DNA of 61,902 bases, counting the filler. It is 5 parts of 5 records of this genome, joined end to end, with 100 filler letters (N's around TTAATTAATTAA, not from the genome) between each part and the next. Parts side by side here need not be neighbours in the genome. Positions count along the whole stretch, not along the records: positions 29,234 to 50,932 come from SRR9188676_1767; positions 51,033 to 55,125 come from SRR9188676_1771; positions 55,226 to 58,747 come from SRR9188676_1782; 2 more parts are not named here. One strand, written 5' to 3'. Shown one piece after another: positions 44,201 through 57,399 of the stretch (positions are counted from its first letter, which is position 1; each line of letters starts with the position of its first letter). The notes under the pieces are model-generated. The model worked only from the letters and a program-made list of their open reading frames with translations. It was not told the DNA's origin and did not search any database. The position numbers and the translations under genes were made by a program.

Positions 44201-45861
44201 GGAGGTCAACATGCAGAACCAGATTGCGTCTCGGCCTGCTGTATCAGTGGGTGTGACTGTCTTTACGGTGTGTAATGGCATGACATTGACTGCCTTCCCC
44301 ACCACATCGGTCACCGAGGATGTACAGGTTGCCTTACGGCTCACGCCCTCGCAGACCCTCGACACTGATAACTCTGAACGCATCCGAACACTTTGGTTTA
44401 CTGGTGTTGATTCCACTGTGCTTGGCGATGAGCCTACTTTCCCTGGTCTCTCATTCTCATCCATGGCCACGGTCCGCAGTGCTCGGACTTCCTCAGTCTA
44501 TACCCTCACGCACGTCGCCTCAGGCTTTTCGCCTTTCTCGCTTGTGTCGAACCTCAGTGTCACGAACTTGGTGCAATGCGACTTGGATTTCACTCTTACT
44601 GCTCGATCGATTATTATAGAAGTGAATGACCAGTCCAGCATTTTATCGACAACGCAGTCCATTGGCATCGCTGTGTCAGCCGATTCGGATGTTCCCAAGC
44701 TGCTAGTGACGGAGAGAGATTCCATCCAGGAGGATACCATGCTACTCGTGCCGTGGGAGCCCTATAATGGATGGGATACCGACTTCAGTGATGCTTGTCG
44801 TACGGTTATCATTGACAATCCATTGCCTGGATATATGCCGACTTTACACTTCATGGGCATGCGGTACTCTGAGTCTTCGATCTCAATGAATGTGTATACT
44901 TTGACTTCCCCCGGCACTGGCTTTACCACGGCTCTGAGCATGGACATGTCGGTTTCTTTTGCCGCTCAATGCGATGTCGATTTCTCATTGACACTAAGAC
45001 TGCTCGCCATGGAATTAAATTCGGGCACAAACATTCACAGCAGCACTTGCTCGACGGGCATTGTAGTGTCTGGTGTCTCGGATGAACCTTCTCTCGCTAT
45101 GACAGCAACCACTGAGGTCACTGAGGATATTGCTGTGGTCTATGAGGTCACGCCATTCTTCTCCATTGACACGGATCTGTCAGATCGTATGAGGAAGCTG
45201 ATTGTTTCGAATGTTAGGAACGCAGACATTGGGAAGCTATCATTCATCGCACCGCGTGATACTTATTCGGCCCGATCTGCACAGACCTACACGATTACCA
45301 TGATGCCATCGACATCAGGTTTCACGGGCGACTCCCGTTTGAACTTCGCCAGTGTGACACCTGCCATTCAGAGTGATGTTGACTTCACTCTGACTTTCAT
45401 CCTTCATTCAGTTGAAGAGAACGCAAAGAGTTATTCGGCCAGTATGTCCAAGACCATCGGATTCTTGGTGCGTGCCTGGACCGATCCCCCATTGCTCAAT
45501 TCCATCAGCTCCACCACATTGACCGAGGATGTAAAAGGAGGGCTAGTTGTGACTCCCTCCTTTGGAGTGGACAGCGACGCCTCTGATCGCCTCAAGCATC
45601 TTCTTATCACTGCGCTCCCCTCTGTAATCCATCGGGTCTCATTTTCCCCACTGGCCAATACCGCATCCAGATTTGAAGCCAGCCTAGGATACTACACCTT
45701 CTCGGCACTTCGCACTGGGTTCCAGTCATCATCGCCCATCTCCTCCTTCAGCATTTCAGCAGTCACTCAGTCAGATATCGATTTCACGCTCACTTTCCGA
45801 ATCGTGGGCGTCGAAAGCAATGGCGGCAGGGATCTCACACATAGTCCGTCCGTTTCTACAG
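29264..45861 (+). CDS. Giant repetitive Ser/Thr-rich surface protein, internal exon of about 16.6 kb with about 42 cadherin/Ig-like repeats
   Basis: Repeats of about 130 aa: TTED...P..DTDxSE/DR...YTLT..GF...QCDxDFTL...ExNG...VSAVxDxP; bounded by CAG| and |GTAAG. Confidence 0.88.
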
Positions 45862-46103
45862 GTAAGAAGCTTCGTTATCGTCCTCATCATGTTCCTCTCT
45901 TTGGCTGTCCCTAACTCTTTTTTTTTTTTCTCAGTTTTCTCTTTTATTTCGTTCTATTTCATCATCATTCCCATCATCACGCTCTGGGGGTTTGTCCTTT
46001 TTTGATACTTTCTTGTTTCGTTTTCGATGCTTGCTCGGTTTTTTCACAAGACGCATTCATTTGAGATCTGTGTTTACTAACTGGTTGTCTTCTCTCTTGG
46101 CAG
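45862..46103 (+). other. Spliceosomal intron (242 bp, phase 1)
   Basis: GTAAG donor, TACTAAC at 46075-46081, pyrimidine tract, CAG; splicing joins the two ORFs in frame (SVST-G-LELIALPDVP). Confidence 0.92.
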
Positions 46104-49100
46104 GCCTCGAGTTGATCGCGCTGCCCGACGTGCCCACCGTTGTCGCAGGCTCCACCGCATCCACGGAGGACTACCGCTTATATCTGTCCATCACACCTTC
46201 GGGGAATGGCGATTCTGACCGCAGTGACCATGTGAATAGTCTATCTTTGAGCTCTCTCGTTTTCCCTGGCGCTTTCCCATTGAGCTTACCAGGAACTTTA
46301 TCCAAGATGAATGGAGCCTTATACACCCTGAGTGCTTTGGATGCATCCACTGGTTTCTCTTACTCTGGTATCGCGATTCCGAATCTCAGCCTCACTCCAG
46401 TGGTCGAGTGTGATCGCGATTTCACACTCACGTTGCGAATGTACGGCACAGAAATCAATGGACTTCAGTCTTCCGTTGGACTTTCCACGACCCTGGGTAT
46501 TACACTTCGTGGTGGTAGCGATATCCCATTAATATCAGCTGTGGAATCTACTCAAACAACAGAAGACCGGTCTGTGTACCTTTCGTTTACCCCAGCTCTC
46601 GGATCAGACTCCGACATGAGCGACCGCCTCAACAAACTTTCCATCCGAGCGACCATCCCGGTGAATAAAATCAACTTCAGATCCGTTTCTTCCACGACTT
46701 CGTCCCGAGTGAGCACTCAGTACACCCTGTCGGCCGCCGGGACTGGATACAAGATGAATACCGTGATCCCTCGGCTTAGTCTGACGCCCGCAATGCAGTG
46801 TGATGTTGACTTCACCCTCTCGGCTCGCATCCAAAGCGTCGAATTCAATGGAAAGAGCTCTGCTTTATCTGCCACCCAAGCCTTGGCTGTTGTAGTAGTG
46901 GCAGATGCGGATGGTTTCAACTTTGACTCTCTCAGCACCTCTACATCCAGCTCGGAAGATAGTTCGTTCCCGCTACTTCTCACTCCCAAGGCCCCATCTT
47001 TCCCGGATACTGATCTCTCTGACCGTCTTCGAAGTCTCACCCTTCGAGGCCCCACGCCTGCTATGCTGCCCATTCTCGCGATTTCGGGTATCCCAGGAAC
47101 TATATCTGCCTCCAGCTCTAGCATCTTTACTGTAACTGCTGACGGAACAGGGTTTTCGTTCGGCAAACGCATCCAAAAGCTGAGCTTGAGCAGCCTTGTA
47201 CAATGTGATATTGACTTCACAATGAGTGTGACCTTGATTGGCATCGAAGAGAATGGTGGTGCTAGAAAATCTAGTTCACGAAGCTGCAAGGTGGCTCTCT
47301 CTGCAGTCTCGGATATTCCTTTGTTAAACCTCGCAAGCTCAAGTACTTTGACCACTGAAGATGTTTCTACTGCTGTGCTTCTGTCCCCAAGCTTTGGTGT
47401 AGATACTGATGGTAGTGACACTCTCTATCGCTTGCTGGTGCAGCCGTGCGGTCCGATTTCCTTCTCATCGATCCCGAATACCAGAGTGCGGTTGTTTGCT
47501 GGTCGTTTCACCATTACAGCCTTCGGGACTGGGTTTGCTTCCTCCGCCAAGATTGTGAGCTTTAGCGTTTCGCCTGCTGTCCAAACGGATACCGATTTTA
47601 CTCTTTCGCTAACTTTGTTCAGCTTGGAACGAAACGGAAAGGGAAGTACAAAGACAGCCCCATCACCTCTCGCATTAGAACTCCGGCCTCGTGTGGATGA
47701 TATCACAGCTTCTTCACGTAGTACTCGGCTCACAGAGGACTTTACGACAGGACTGCTGATCACACCTTCCATTAGCAAGGATACTGATACATCAGAGCGG
47801 ATACTGAATCTTATGGCTCACTTCTCAATTGTCGAAGCGGTCACTTTTGTCACTCCGGCTGGAACTACTTCCTCAATGTCCAGCATGTCATTCACCTTGA
47901 GTTCTACCAGCAACTTCCTTGGTGCGACTCGTGTCAACGACTTCAGCATGAAACCATCGGTAGAATGCGATGTGGACTTTTCGATAATATTCTCATTTGT
48001 CACACGAGAGCAAAACGATATGTCTATTTCAGGCTTTGCAACAACCTCAATGGATGTTGTCGTCATGGCAAAAGCAGACCCAGCAACACTTTCGAATCCA
48101 TTTTCAACCTACTCGACCTCTGAGGATGTGATGGTGAATCTCTTGAACCTCATTCCTGTGAATGGTGCTGATACTGATATGTCTGAATGCATTGCCAAGA
48201 TTTCATTGGCAAATATGGTTGGAAACTCACTGCGAGTGACTTTCAACGCCATTCCGCTGACCACTTCGACTCTATCTAATGGCCGCTACACTCTGGCCTC
48301 CACTGGAACAGGTTTCGAAACAAACAAGCCCCTCTCTGATCAGTTTGGCATTCTCCCTCCTAAGCAATGCGATGTTGACTTTGTTCTTCGCACGGGCATT
48401 TTCACTGAAGAAGCCAACAACCGTGACCAAAGTGCCGTCATGTTGGGAAGCATCAGCATCCAGGTATCTGCGATTGTGGACGAGCCAGGGTGTCAGACTC
48501 GAGCAGCCATTACCACAGAGGATCGCCGCATCTCCCTCTGGGTGAATCCGAAAGCCAGTACAGATACTGATGGCTCGAATCCGATTACCCAGGTCTTGCT
48601 GACTGAAACTGCCTTCGGGTTGGAGCATCTGCTTGCCTTCCAGCTTGGAAGCTCTACCGGTCACCGTGATGATTCCACTTGGAATTCCACAACGTTGACT
48701 CTGTTGCATCCGACTCTTGCGTACTTCCCTTCCAACACAGCTCTGTCACAGTTCAGTATCTCAATGCTCTATCAATGTGATCAAGATTTCACCCTCACTG
48801 TCCAAGTTATCAGCACAGAAACAAATGGCCTCTCAGCGTCAATGAGCTCGAGTCAATCATTAGGCGTTGGTGTTTTAGCGGCATGTGATATCCCGGGTCT
48901 CATTGTTGCACCCGAAACTGCCACATATGAGGATACCTCTGTGCTCTTGCACCTTACTCCCACCCTGAATCTCGACACTGATGCATCTGAATCATTGTCG
49001 AAAATCAATATATTTGCGAAATATAGCTTCTATATGCCATCTTTGGATTCCTCTCCCAAAACCGCCTTCGTTTTTGTTTCCGAAGGAACAGGTATGACTC

Positions 49101-50932
49101 CTTTCGCGGCCATTCAAGATCTGAGTGCTGCGCAGTTAGCGAACTGCGATGCTGACTTTACACTTACACTCCGGTCTGTCGCTGTGGAAGAGAACAACAA
49201 GGATGAAGAGATGAGTGAGACTGTGACAATAAGCATTCAGGTCTCTGCTCTTGCAGACACTGCCAAGATTACCAGTCCAAAGTCGCCCTCGACAACCGAA
49301 GATGTCTCCCTGAGAATTGTGATCACCCCATCCTTCAGTGGCTTCGATACTGACGGATCCGAAATGATCTCGAAATTCATTCTTCTTTCTACCTCTGATA
49401 CTCAGCCTCTGACTTTATACACATTCTCGGGTATGGCAGGCACAGCTTCTTGCTTGACAGCCAATTCCTACACTCTGACGAGTCAAGGACCAAAAGTTTT
49501 CACTTCTACCAAAGCGATTCCTTTTTTGAGTGTAATAATGCCAGCGGAGTGTGACTTTGATTTTGCCCTTTCGATCCAAGTGGTGCTCTCTGAATCGAAT
49601 GGCAAGGATGAGAATCCGAGCTCAACCATGTCCGTCACTCATATCCTGCGCGCTGATGCAGACTCTCCCCTCCCCGTTCTCTACTCAAGAACAATCACGG
49701 AAGACACAAAGGTCGCCGTCATGCTTCAAGTTCTTCCAACTCAAGATACTGATGATTCCGAAGCGATCAACAAAATTTTCATCACTCATCCTCTCCTGAG
49801 CAAGTTTAAGTTTGCGAGCACGAGCTACACAGGTACCTCTCTTGCAGGGGGCGTGTACACTATGACCCGTCGAGGGTCTGGATTCACAATGAATGCACTC
49901 ATTCCCAATTTCAGTCTTGCTGCTGCACCGATTCAATCTGACATCGACTTCACCTTGAGCGTCGTATTATTCTCAGCTGAGAAGAACGGACGAGATAACG
50001 AGGGGAGCATCACACAGCAAGCAGGATTCGTTTTGGAAGCATGTGCGGATCGAGCTACTGTCAATATAACTCGTTCTTTTGCTGTCACTGAAGATCGATC
50101 CGTGGCACTTCAGTTCCTTGCAAACAACTCAACTGATACTGATGCAAGTGAGTTCTTGTCCAAGTTGATGGTGATTATGCCTGTGCCTCTGACTTTCACA
50201 GGCACACCCGAAACTAGCTCTAGCCATTCTGCTAGCCTATATACCATGACAATGCAGGGCACTGGCTTCGTATCAGGTCTGAATGTTTCCATGAGCATCG
50301 CAGCTCTCCCTCCAAACTGCGATGTGGACTTCACTCTCAACTTTGCTGTTCTCACCGTCGAGCAGAACGGATATGACTCCATCATCGGTTCATCCGCCAC
50401 GACTCGCATTGTGATTTCCTCCCTCTCTGACATGCCTGGTATTTCGATCCGTGTGCAAACGTCAGTTACAGAGGACATCCAAGTCCAGCTGATTTGCTCT
50501 CCTCGTTTCATACAAGACTCTGATAGTTCCGATGCGCTCCGAAAGGTTGTGGTTCAAGTCGCCTCCTCTGAAGGATTCAAGAAACTCAAGTTCAGTCCCA
50601 TGTCTGACACTATCTCGACCACTGAAACCAAGAGATACACACTCACGAGCATGGGCACAGGTTTTGCCGCCAGCGCAGCTTTGAAGGACTTTAGCCTCTC
50701 CTCCCCGACACAGTGCGACCGCGACTTCACTCTCTCGTTCTTCTCGATCGCTGTCGAAATCAACGGACGTACTACTTCTGCGAGCACGACGATGACCTCA
50801 AGCTTTGAAGTGACCGCGGTGTCCGATGTACCAACATTGGTGGCAATTGAATCCACAATGACATCCGAGGACGCCAAAGTCGCGATGACATTGACTCCTG
50901 CATTTGGCTTTGATACAGATGCGTCAGATAGA
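46104..50932 (+). CDS. Same giant gene, next exon (about 12 more repeats), truncated by contig end
   Basis: Same repeat consensus continues in register; open to the linker. Confidence 0.88.
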
Positions 50933-51032
50933 NNNNNNNNNNNNNNNNNNNNNNNNNNNNNNNNNNNNNNNNNNNNTTAATTAATTAANNNNNNNNNNNN
51001 NNNNNNNNNNNNNNNNNNNNNNNNNNNNNNNN
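50933..51032. other. Artificial contig linker
   Basis: N44-TTAATTAATTAA-N44. Confidence 0.98.
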
Positions 51033-51096
51033 ATTCATCCATGGCACTGGTTTAACCCCCCCGCCCCTCCCCCCCGCAAAATGAATATGCACTTAC

Positions 51097-52414
51097 TTGA
51101 GCCGACAGCACCTAAAAGAGCAAGTCCATCGCCGTAGTAGCTGCTTTGGCCCTCGGATGCACCCTCATGAGCCGCTACAAGCACAAAGGTTGAAAAAAAA
51201 AATAGTAATTAAAGCCACAAATATCCAGAACAACATAGCTTCATTCTTCGGTAAATAAAGCTCATAAAAGTCAAAATCATTGGATCTAAACATATCAATG
51301 GCTAAGGTGTCGGAGAGTGGTCATCATGGATCATTGATACAAGTAAGAAGCAAGACAAACATTGGAGAGAAAATACCCCCCCACCACCCTGTTTCCCCAG
51401 AAGAATAATAACAATAATTAAAAATAAAAATAAAATAAAAAAAGGCCTGATGGCACAAAGAACTCAAAAATGTCTCTCAAGCTCGAATATTTTTCGGGAT
51501 CGAAGCCACACAGGAAGGAGGAGTCACTGGACCCAGAGAAAATCCAATAGCGATGCAACTTTTCAATAGCTGGAGTTGTTCCCCAGCGGTTTCGTTTGCC
51601 CACAGTTTCAGAACGAAATCTTTGATTTACACTTCAAAGCGCTGACTCAGAAAGAAGGTGTAAAAAATATCTCGAGGGTGCACAGTTTCAATATCACGCA
51701 TTGTCCCGCCCGGAAATGTCTTTCATTTCTCCCACAGACCCAAAATAGCCTTCTAAATCCCTCAAACCTAAACTACAAAGAACAGGCAAATGAAAACTTT
51801 GACCAGAGAACAGGCAAATGAAAACATACCAAGAGCTCCACCCGCAAATCCAACCAATGCAGCAATCCCTTCACGAGAATCCACAGCTCGGCATTGCAGA
51901 AGCGGGCAAAATGCAACAATCAATGGGCATGTGTTTGTAAGTAACATTACGTTCAATAACGACGTATTGTCGAGAGCCCAGCTGCAAGTTGATGTAGCAT
52001 CACGACGTTGTCCAGAGTTAGAAAATAACGGAACATGCATTCAAAAAGCATTACCTAAAGAAGAAGTTGTAGAGCAAGAAGCCGAAGGCGGCAACAGAGG
52101 CCCATTTGAGAAGATATATCCTCTGTTCGGGAGAAAGGTTGCGCATGATCTTAATATTTTTTTGTCCGTAAAGTTCATAGAAAAGAAAAGGCAGTGTAGC
52201 GATTGATGTAACATGGGCACGCCAACTTGTTCGAAGCAAAGGAGCCACATCGCTGAGTTCATTCATGGCAATAAATGCGGAAGCCGCAAAGGCCATGCTG
52301 GTGAGCATGACCACGTACACCACAAAGATAAAAATGGTGCCCTAACAAGACATATAGTCAGAATGAGAGCTATATAGATTGATTTTCAGAAAAGTAGCGT
52401 ACATTATCTTCCAT
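51097..52414 (-). CDS. EamA/DMT family transporter paralogue A (spliced, 3' partial)
   Basis: Exons about 52414-52403, 52341-52055, 51981-51830 and one ending at 51097; LRTSWR, WALDNTSLLNVMLLTNTCPL, GDGLALLGA. Confidence 0.75.
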
Positions 52415-53064
52415 GATTCGACCAAAAATGTTGGAAAATTTCAGTTAGTGCGACGAGAAGTGAGGACTGAAAACAATCGGAGAATGTTCAATATTTTCAG
52501 GCATCAGGCTGAAAACCCGATTTCCTGCTGATTTCAATTCCCATTTTTCAGAACGTCGGCCACCCAGAATATTTAGAATGTCATTTCGAATTTCGAAATG
52601 CATTGAAAATGTACAACTTAAAATGTGCTGTTCATTCTTAAAAATGTCATTATTTTTCAAAATGGGAGCGAAGGTACGCGAAGAAAATACATCAATCAAG
52701 CGAGTGAGCTGGTGGAAGAAATTTCGAACTTCTAGAAGCTCGCTCGAAACCAGGAGAATATTTATCTGCGAACTATCGCACTTAGGGGGGTAAATGTTAA
52801 CTTTTTACAAGAGAGAACTACTAATTACCCTGCCTATGTTATGTGAATTCTGATTGTTGAAGTCACGAGAAAAAAATAACGACTCACTTGAGGCCCTGCA
52901 CACTTTCCTTTCGTTTTCGTTTCCCTCTTCCCTCGTCTTCTTTCGATCCTTTGCTCTTGATTTCGTATACTTGACTGTTCTATCATGTTTCAGATATTTG
53001 ACCCGAAAAATGTAGGTGTCTTGTTCTCTGCCTTTCATATTCACGCGAAACATCCATACCGATA

Positions 53065-54841
53065 ATGTCGAATCTTCTTGTACAGCCGCTTTTCATCACA
53101 GGTGTCTACCTGATCATGCTGAGCAGCATGTTCTTTGCCTCATCTGCTTTTATTGCGATGGATGAACTGCGGCAAGTTCGGCCGATACTTCGAACAGCTT
53201 GGAGGGCCCATGTAACCACGATCGCGTTGACACCTGCCTTCCTGTGGGAACTTTATGGCAAAGGCTCGTTTGAATCTCTCAAGAACATGAATCAACAAAA
53301 GCAACATTATGTAATGAAGTGGACCATGGCAGCCGCCATTGGTTTCTTGCTCTATAATTTCTTGTTCAGGTACATCGACATCGTCTTTTGTCTCATTATC
53401 TTGCTCTTTCTCATCTAGTTCTCAACAGCTGGGCGCTCGATACTACGTCTCTTTTAAATGTGATGCTGCTGACAAACACTTCACCACTTCTCGTGGCTTT
53501 TGCTCCATTGTTAATCTGTCGCGGGATTGATCAACGTGAGGGGAGTGCTGCCTTCGTGGGATTTGCTGGTGGTGCTCTCGGTAAGGAGACTGTAATGATA
53601 TATTATATCTAATATTCACTGTTTTGCTCTTCAAGCTTTGCACTTTCTTCAGATCACATCAGTTTCGATGCCTTTTTTTAGAGGATCATTCTACAGAGGC
53701 CCGGTAGTCTTCGAAAGAAGACCACTCACTTGATGTGTGCCGTCTTTATTTTCTTGATGGCACTTTGAACTTCCGGTCTTGTACTTGTTCTGGGATAGAT
53801 ATCGAGGATTAACCCACAGGAAATACTCTTCTGGAGCAGTGATGTTTTTAACATCGTGTCATAATCTGCAATTTCGTCCAGCTTTTCGATTTCTGGTAAA
53901 ATTCGGGAACCAGCAATCTGAATTCAAGACCTAGGCTGAGTGACTGTAAGAACCAATTATTTTCAAAGAATCGAACATCATGTACACATTTTGAGTTCCA
54001 TAAGACCTTTTGAGTGCAATATATCCTGCTGGTAGATCTCATTTCGGGCGACTTCAGAGGCGCGTCAAAATCGAAAAACTTGCATCCCCTATTGTTCTGG
54101 ATGGCCAGACTGTCTTCTTATTGTTGGTTTGTAGAGATCGTTTCAACGGATAACTCTCATGTGGAAAGACATAGTGGTACAGTCATACCAAGTCTAAAGT
54201 CGATTAGAAATGCCTGAGCCAGATGGAAAATAGGTAGCCATCAAAACCGACACGAAACATGTTTTACCAATTGAAACGACCGGAGGTATGCTCCGGTAGG
54301 CCGTTTTTTTTTATTATCACTAGCTAGTTTGAACGAATCCGCAAAATGGCTACACTGTTTTGGATCATTCATAACAACGTCTGATCATCGCAATTTGGAG
54401 ATGCGCCCTTCCGTAGCGTCGCAAATAATTGATATAATTATGAGTTTATTTTATTATTTATTATTTAGAAACAATGATTTTGGGAATTGATGAGCTTATT
54501 TACTCTCCTAATAAGACTGCTGGGAGATCCTCTATCAGATAAGATTCCTCCTTTCATTTTTTATTTTTCTTCGATCTATCGATGTCTCTCTTTTTTCCCC
54601 CATCTCTGTCTTTCTTCTCCCCTCTCTGATATGTTTGTATGTTTCTCCTTTTTTAGCTGCGTGGGAAGGATCCTCTGCGGGAGAAAGTTCAGTTGCGGGT
54701 GATTTCATCGCTCTGCTGGGTGCCGTTGCCTCAAGTATGTACCCTTAATAATGATGAGGGAGGGGTATTAACGGGTTAAACCAGTGCCACCAGCCTTTAT
54801 ACAGATGCACACATACAATCTACCTGAAGAAATTCCGCTCG
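53065..54841 (+). CDS. EamA/DMT family transporter paralogue B (spliced, 3' partial)
   Basis: Exons about 53065-53369, 53429-53580, 54657-54734 and a likely further exon; LRTAWR, WALDTTSLLNVMLLTNTSPL, GDFIALLGA. Confidence 0.75.
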
Positions 54842-55125
54842 GGTATAATATATTTTATGACTCTTTTCATCTTATCCATTTGTGAATTTTCTATTTATAC
54901 AGACAGAAATATAGATGTCGAATCTCATAAGTTCCAAAAATCATTCGATTGAAATCTGAAAACGAGAGTCAATCAAATGCTCTCTACTTTCTTGTTTTTG
55001 CCTTCCCTACCACGAATCCATTGGTCATCGTCGTCGTGAGCATCATCTCTGTGATACTGTGCTTCTGACTCGCGTTCTTGCTGTTTTTGCTTTCTCTCCT
55101 CTCCCTCTCTCTCTCTGTCTCTCTC

Positions 55126-55225
55126 NNNNNNNNNNNNNNNNNNNNNNNNNNNNNNNNNNNNNNNNNNNNTTAATTAATTAANNNNNNNNNNNNNNNNNNN
55201 NNNNNNNNNNNNNNNNNNNNNNNNN
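55126..55225. other. Artificial contig linker
   Basis: N44-TTAATTAATTAA-N44, preceded by a CT-rich microsatellite. Confidence 0.98.
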
Positions 55226-56899
55226 CAAAATCTTAGTATAATACAATTCACCCTAGCTCGGGATTTGTGCCTCAGATTCAATTACCATTCGCCCCCTGCT
55301 TCAATGTCCCTTGATTGCACCTCGTCCATTCTAACCTCAAAATTCTCTAAATGTCTTATGAGCTCATAGCCACATGAAAGATAGTGGTAAATCTGGAGAA
55401 ATCAAACGTTATATTCGCACGAGGCACATATCACAGTTATGCAGTTGGTTGGTTACCTTGCAGATTTGTGTTACATGCAGCGGACACTCTGAAATCAGCC
55501 AGCTTCACGTGTCCCGTAGAGTTTCCAAAGGCAAACAAATAGTCCTTCGTGGGGTGGCATTCCAAGCACGAAATCCACTCTGTCTCATCCTCTGTGCAAA
55601 TGAAAAGAAGAAAAAATGAATTTAGAAATCACATCGGCTGAATCGGCAGGAACACGGGAGATAAAACATCATTCAAGTGTAAATGGAGCTCATTTTAAGG
55701 GTAACAGAAGACTGGGACAGGTCCGAGATGAGACCGGGGGGGTAACAAGAAAAAAAGAATAGCTACTCACCAAGATGGTAATCTGGAGACTTGGGATCTA
55801 CAACAGTAAATACATCTCCTTTTGCATCCTACAGAACAAAGAAATGTGAGACAATTGGGCCGTTTGAAGCAACAGGGCAATGGGGAAGACAGGAAAGTAT
55901 CAGGTGGATCTTACCACCAGAGAGTGGAGGTTAATCTTATAATCGTCGGCAGTTAGGAAAGTTAGACCGTCCGAGTTAATAGCTAGAGAGTGCATGGGGT
56001 CCTTATGGCCTGTCTTGGCATAGACATGCTTCTCGCGGACGGACACCTGTCGTGTGGCTCGATGCGCTTTAGGCAACTGAAACACACAATTTATCAGAGA
56101 GCTGAAACACTAGCCTCGAGCTGACATATATTACCTGTAATGATGACTTGGGGCCTGTGTATAGCGCGGAGGCTGGCTTGTCAATGAGAAGTCCAGACTT
56201 TTCTCGCACCGCCACCAACGTGAGAACAACGCCTGTCACACAACTCAATCAGACACTGTCCGCGAGAGGAGAGAAGGAAATATTGTACCATTCGACGTGA
56301 GAATGTGATGGGCATTGCTTGGGCGAGGGCACCATTTCAATTGTCTGAGAGCGCCAGAGACTTGGCTTGACCGCAGCGAATCGAACATCGGCTTGTGAGC
56401 CTGGAACTCATGATAGAACTGATACTTGTACGAAGTTCTAAGATAGAAAATTAGCATTATGTAATATATTCAAGGACATTTGTCTCGAGAGAAAAAAAGA
56501 AAAAAAATACCCTCTTGGAACTTTACAGAACATCACCAGGCGACCAGAGTTGTCACCAGTTGCGAGAAAGTCGCCAGACTGATCGAACTCCACAGAATTA
56601 ATCAAATCATCTAAAAACAAAACAGCGAACAGCGGAGATGAGAAGAAGCTAGTCTCGGGATTTGGAAGACATGGTGGATGACTCGTTCCGAGTGACGGAA
56701 ATGGCCCCAGTGCGAAGAAAACCCAAGAGACAATCTACCAAAAGGTAAAATGAATGCTTGTTATGGAACTCTGATCACCTTCAGAGGCAGTTTCTCCGGG
56801 AAGAAGAGCACCGAACGCCTGTGAGAACTTGACTCGGAAAAAGTTGCTCGAAGCAGCATTCGTGGCTGCAGTTGGTGGGACTACCGTGGATGGTGGCAT
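55226..56899 (-). CDS. PP2A B55 (PPP2R2/Cdc55-like) WD40 regulatory subunit, divergent, multi-exon, 3' partial
   Basis: KFSQAFG, INSVEFDQSGDFLATGD, FQAHKPMFDSLRS, SLAINSDGLTFLTADDYKINL on short exons. Confidence 0.82.
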
Positions 56900-57399
56900 A
56901 GATATCCTTTAATATAAGACGAAAACCAAAGGAGATATCATGAAATATTCATCAATTTTATCGGGTGAAAAAATTCTGTCTGTGATTCCAGAAAATTCCA
57001 GAAGAAGAACACATCAACGTTGAAAAACAACACCCGCTCGACCTTGCTCTTGCTCCCTTATGCCATCACCCACTGTTTTCTCCATCCTTTGCAGTAATTT
57101 TCAGCTCTATTTCTTATTTCTTAGAATGGCTTGAGAGCGCCTCAATATTCAACCATTTGGGAGGGCATTTATCCTAACGCATGCGCTTAGCAGGTCAATC
57201 TCACGCTAACCATTTTAATCATATCGATCGTATCAATCTCACTACTAGAATCGTCTTAATATCGTACCAATCTGTAATCTCGTAAGCGAGCATCACGTTA
57301 TCCACCTTGGCATTTTTACTTTGAAAAGCAACTCGCCGATCATCGGAAAGACGAGGTTTTTTCTGTAAATATTACTGAACTACTCTATACTTGCACTTC

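Noticed and set aside
26845-45914. Giant protein as part of the bacterial defence island or a T1SS adhesin
   Set aside because: Separated by an artificial linker, much higher GC, and it contains a spliceosomal intron
45862-46103. Frameshift or two separate genes at the ORF break
   Set aside because: Fully explained by a GT-AG intron that restores frame and repeat register
29751-50877. Many short antisense and alternate-frame ORFs inside the giant gene
   Set aside because: Shadow ORFs of a long repetitive coding frame; no independent motifs
29264-50932. CRISPR-like periodicity (TGCGATGTCGATTTCAC-type motif about every 390 bp)
   Set aside because: Varies at synonymous positions, encodes CDxDF, spacing too long, no cas genes
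54750-54828. C/D box snoRNA (ATGATGA...CTGA)
   Set aside because: Overlaps a likely exon, no terminal stem seen, and the C box is absent at the paralogous position
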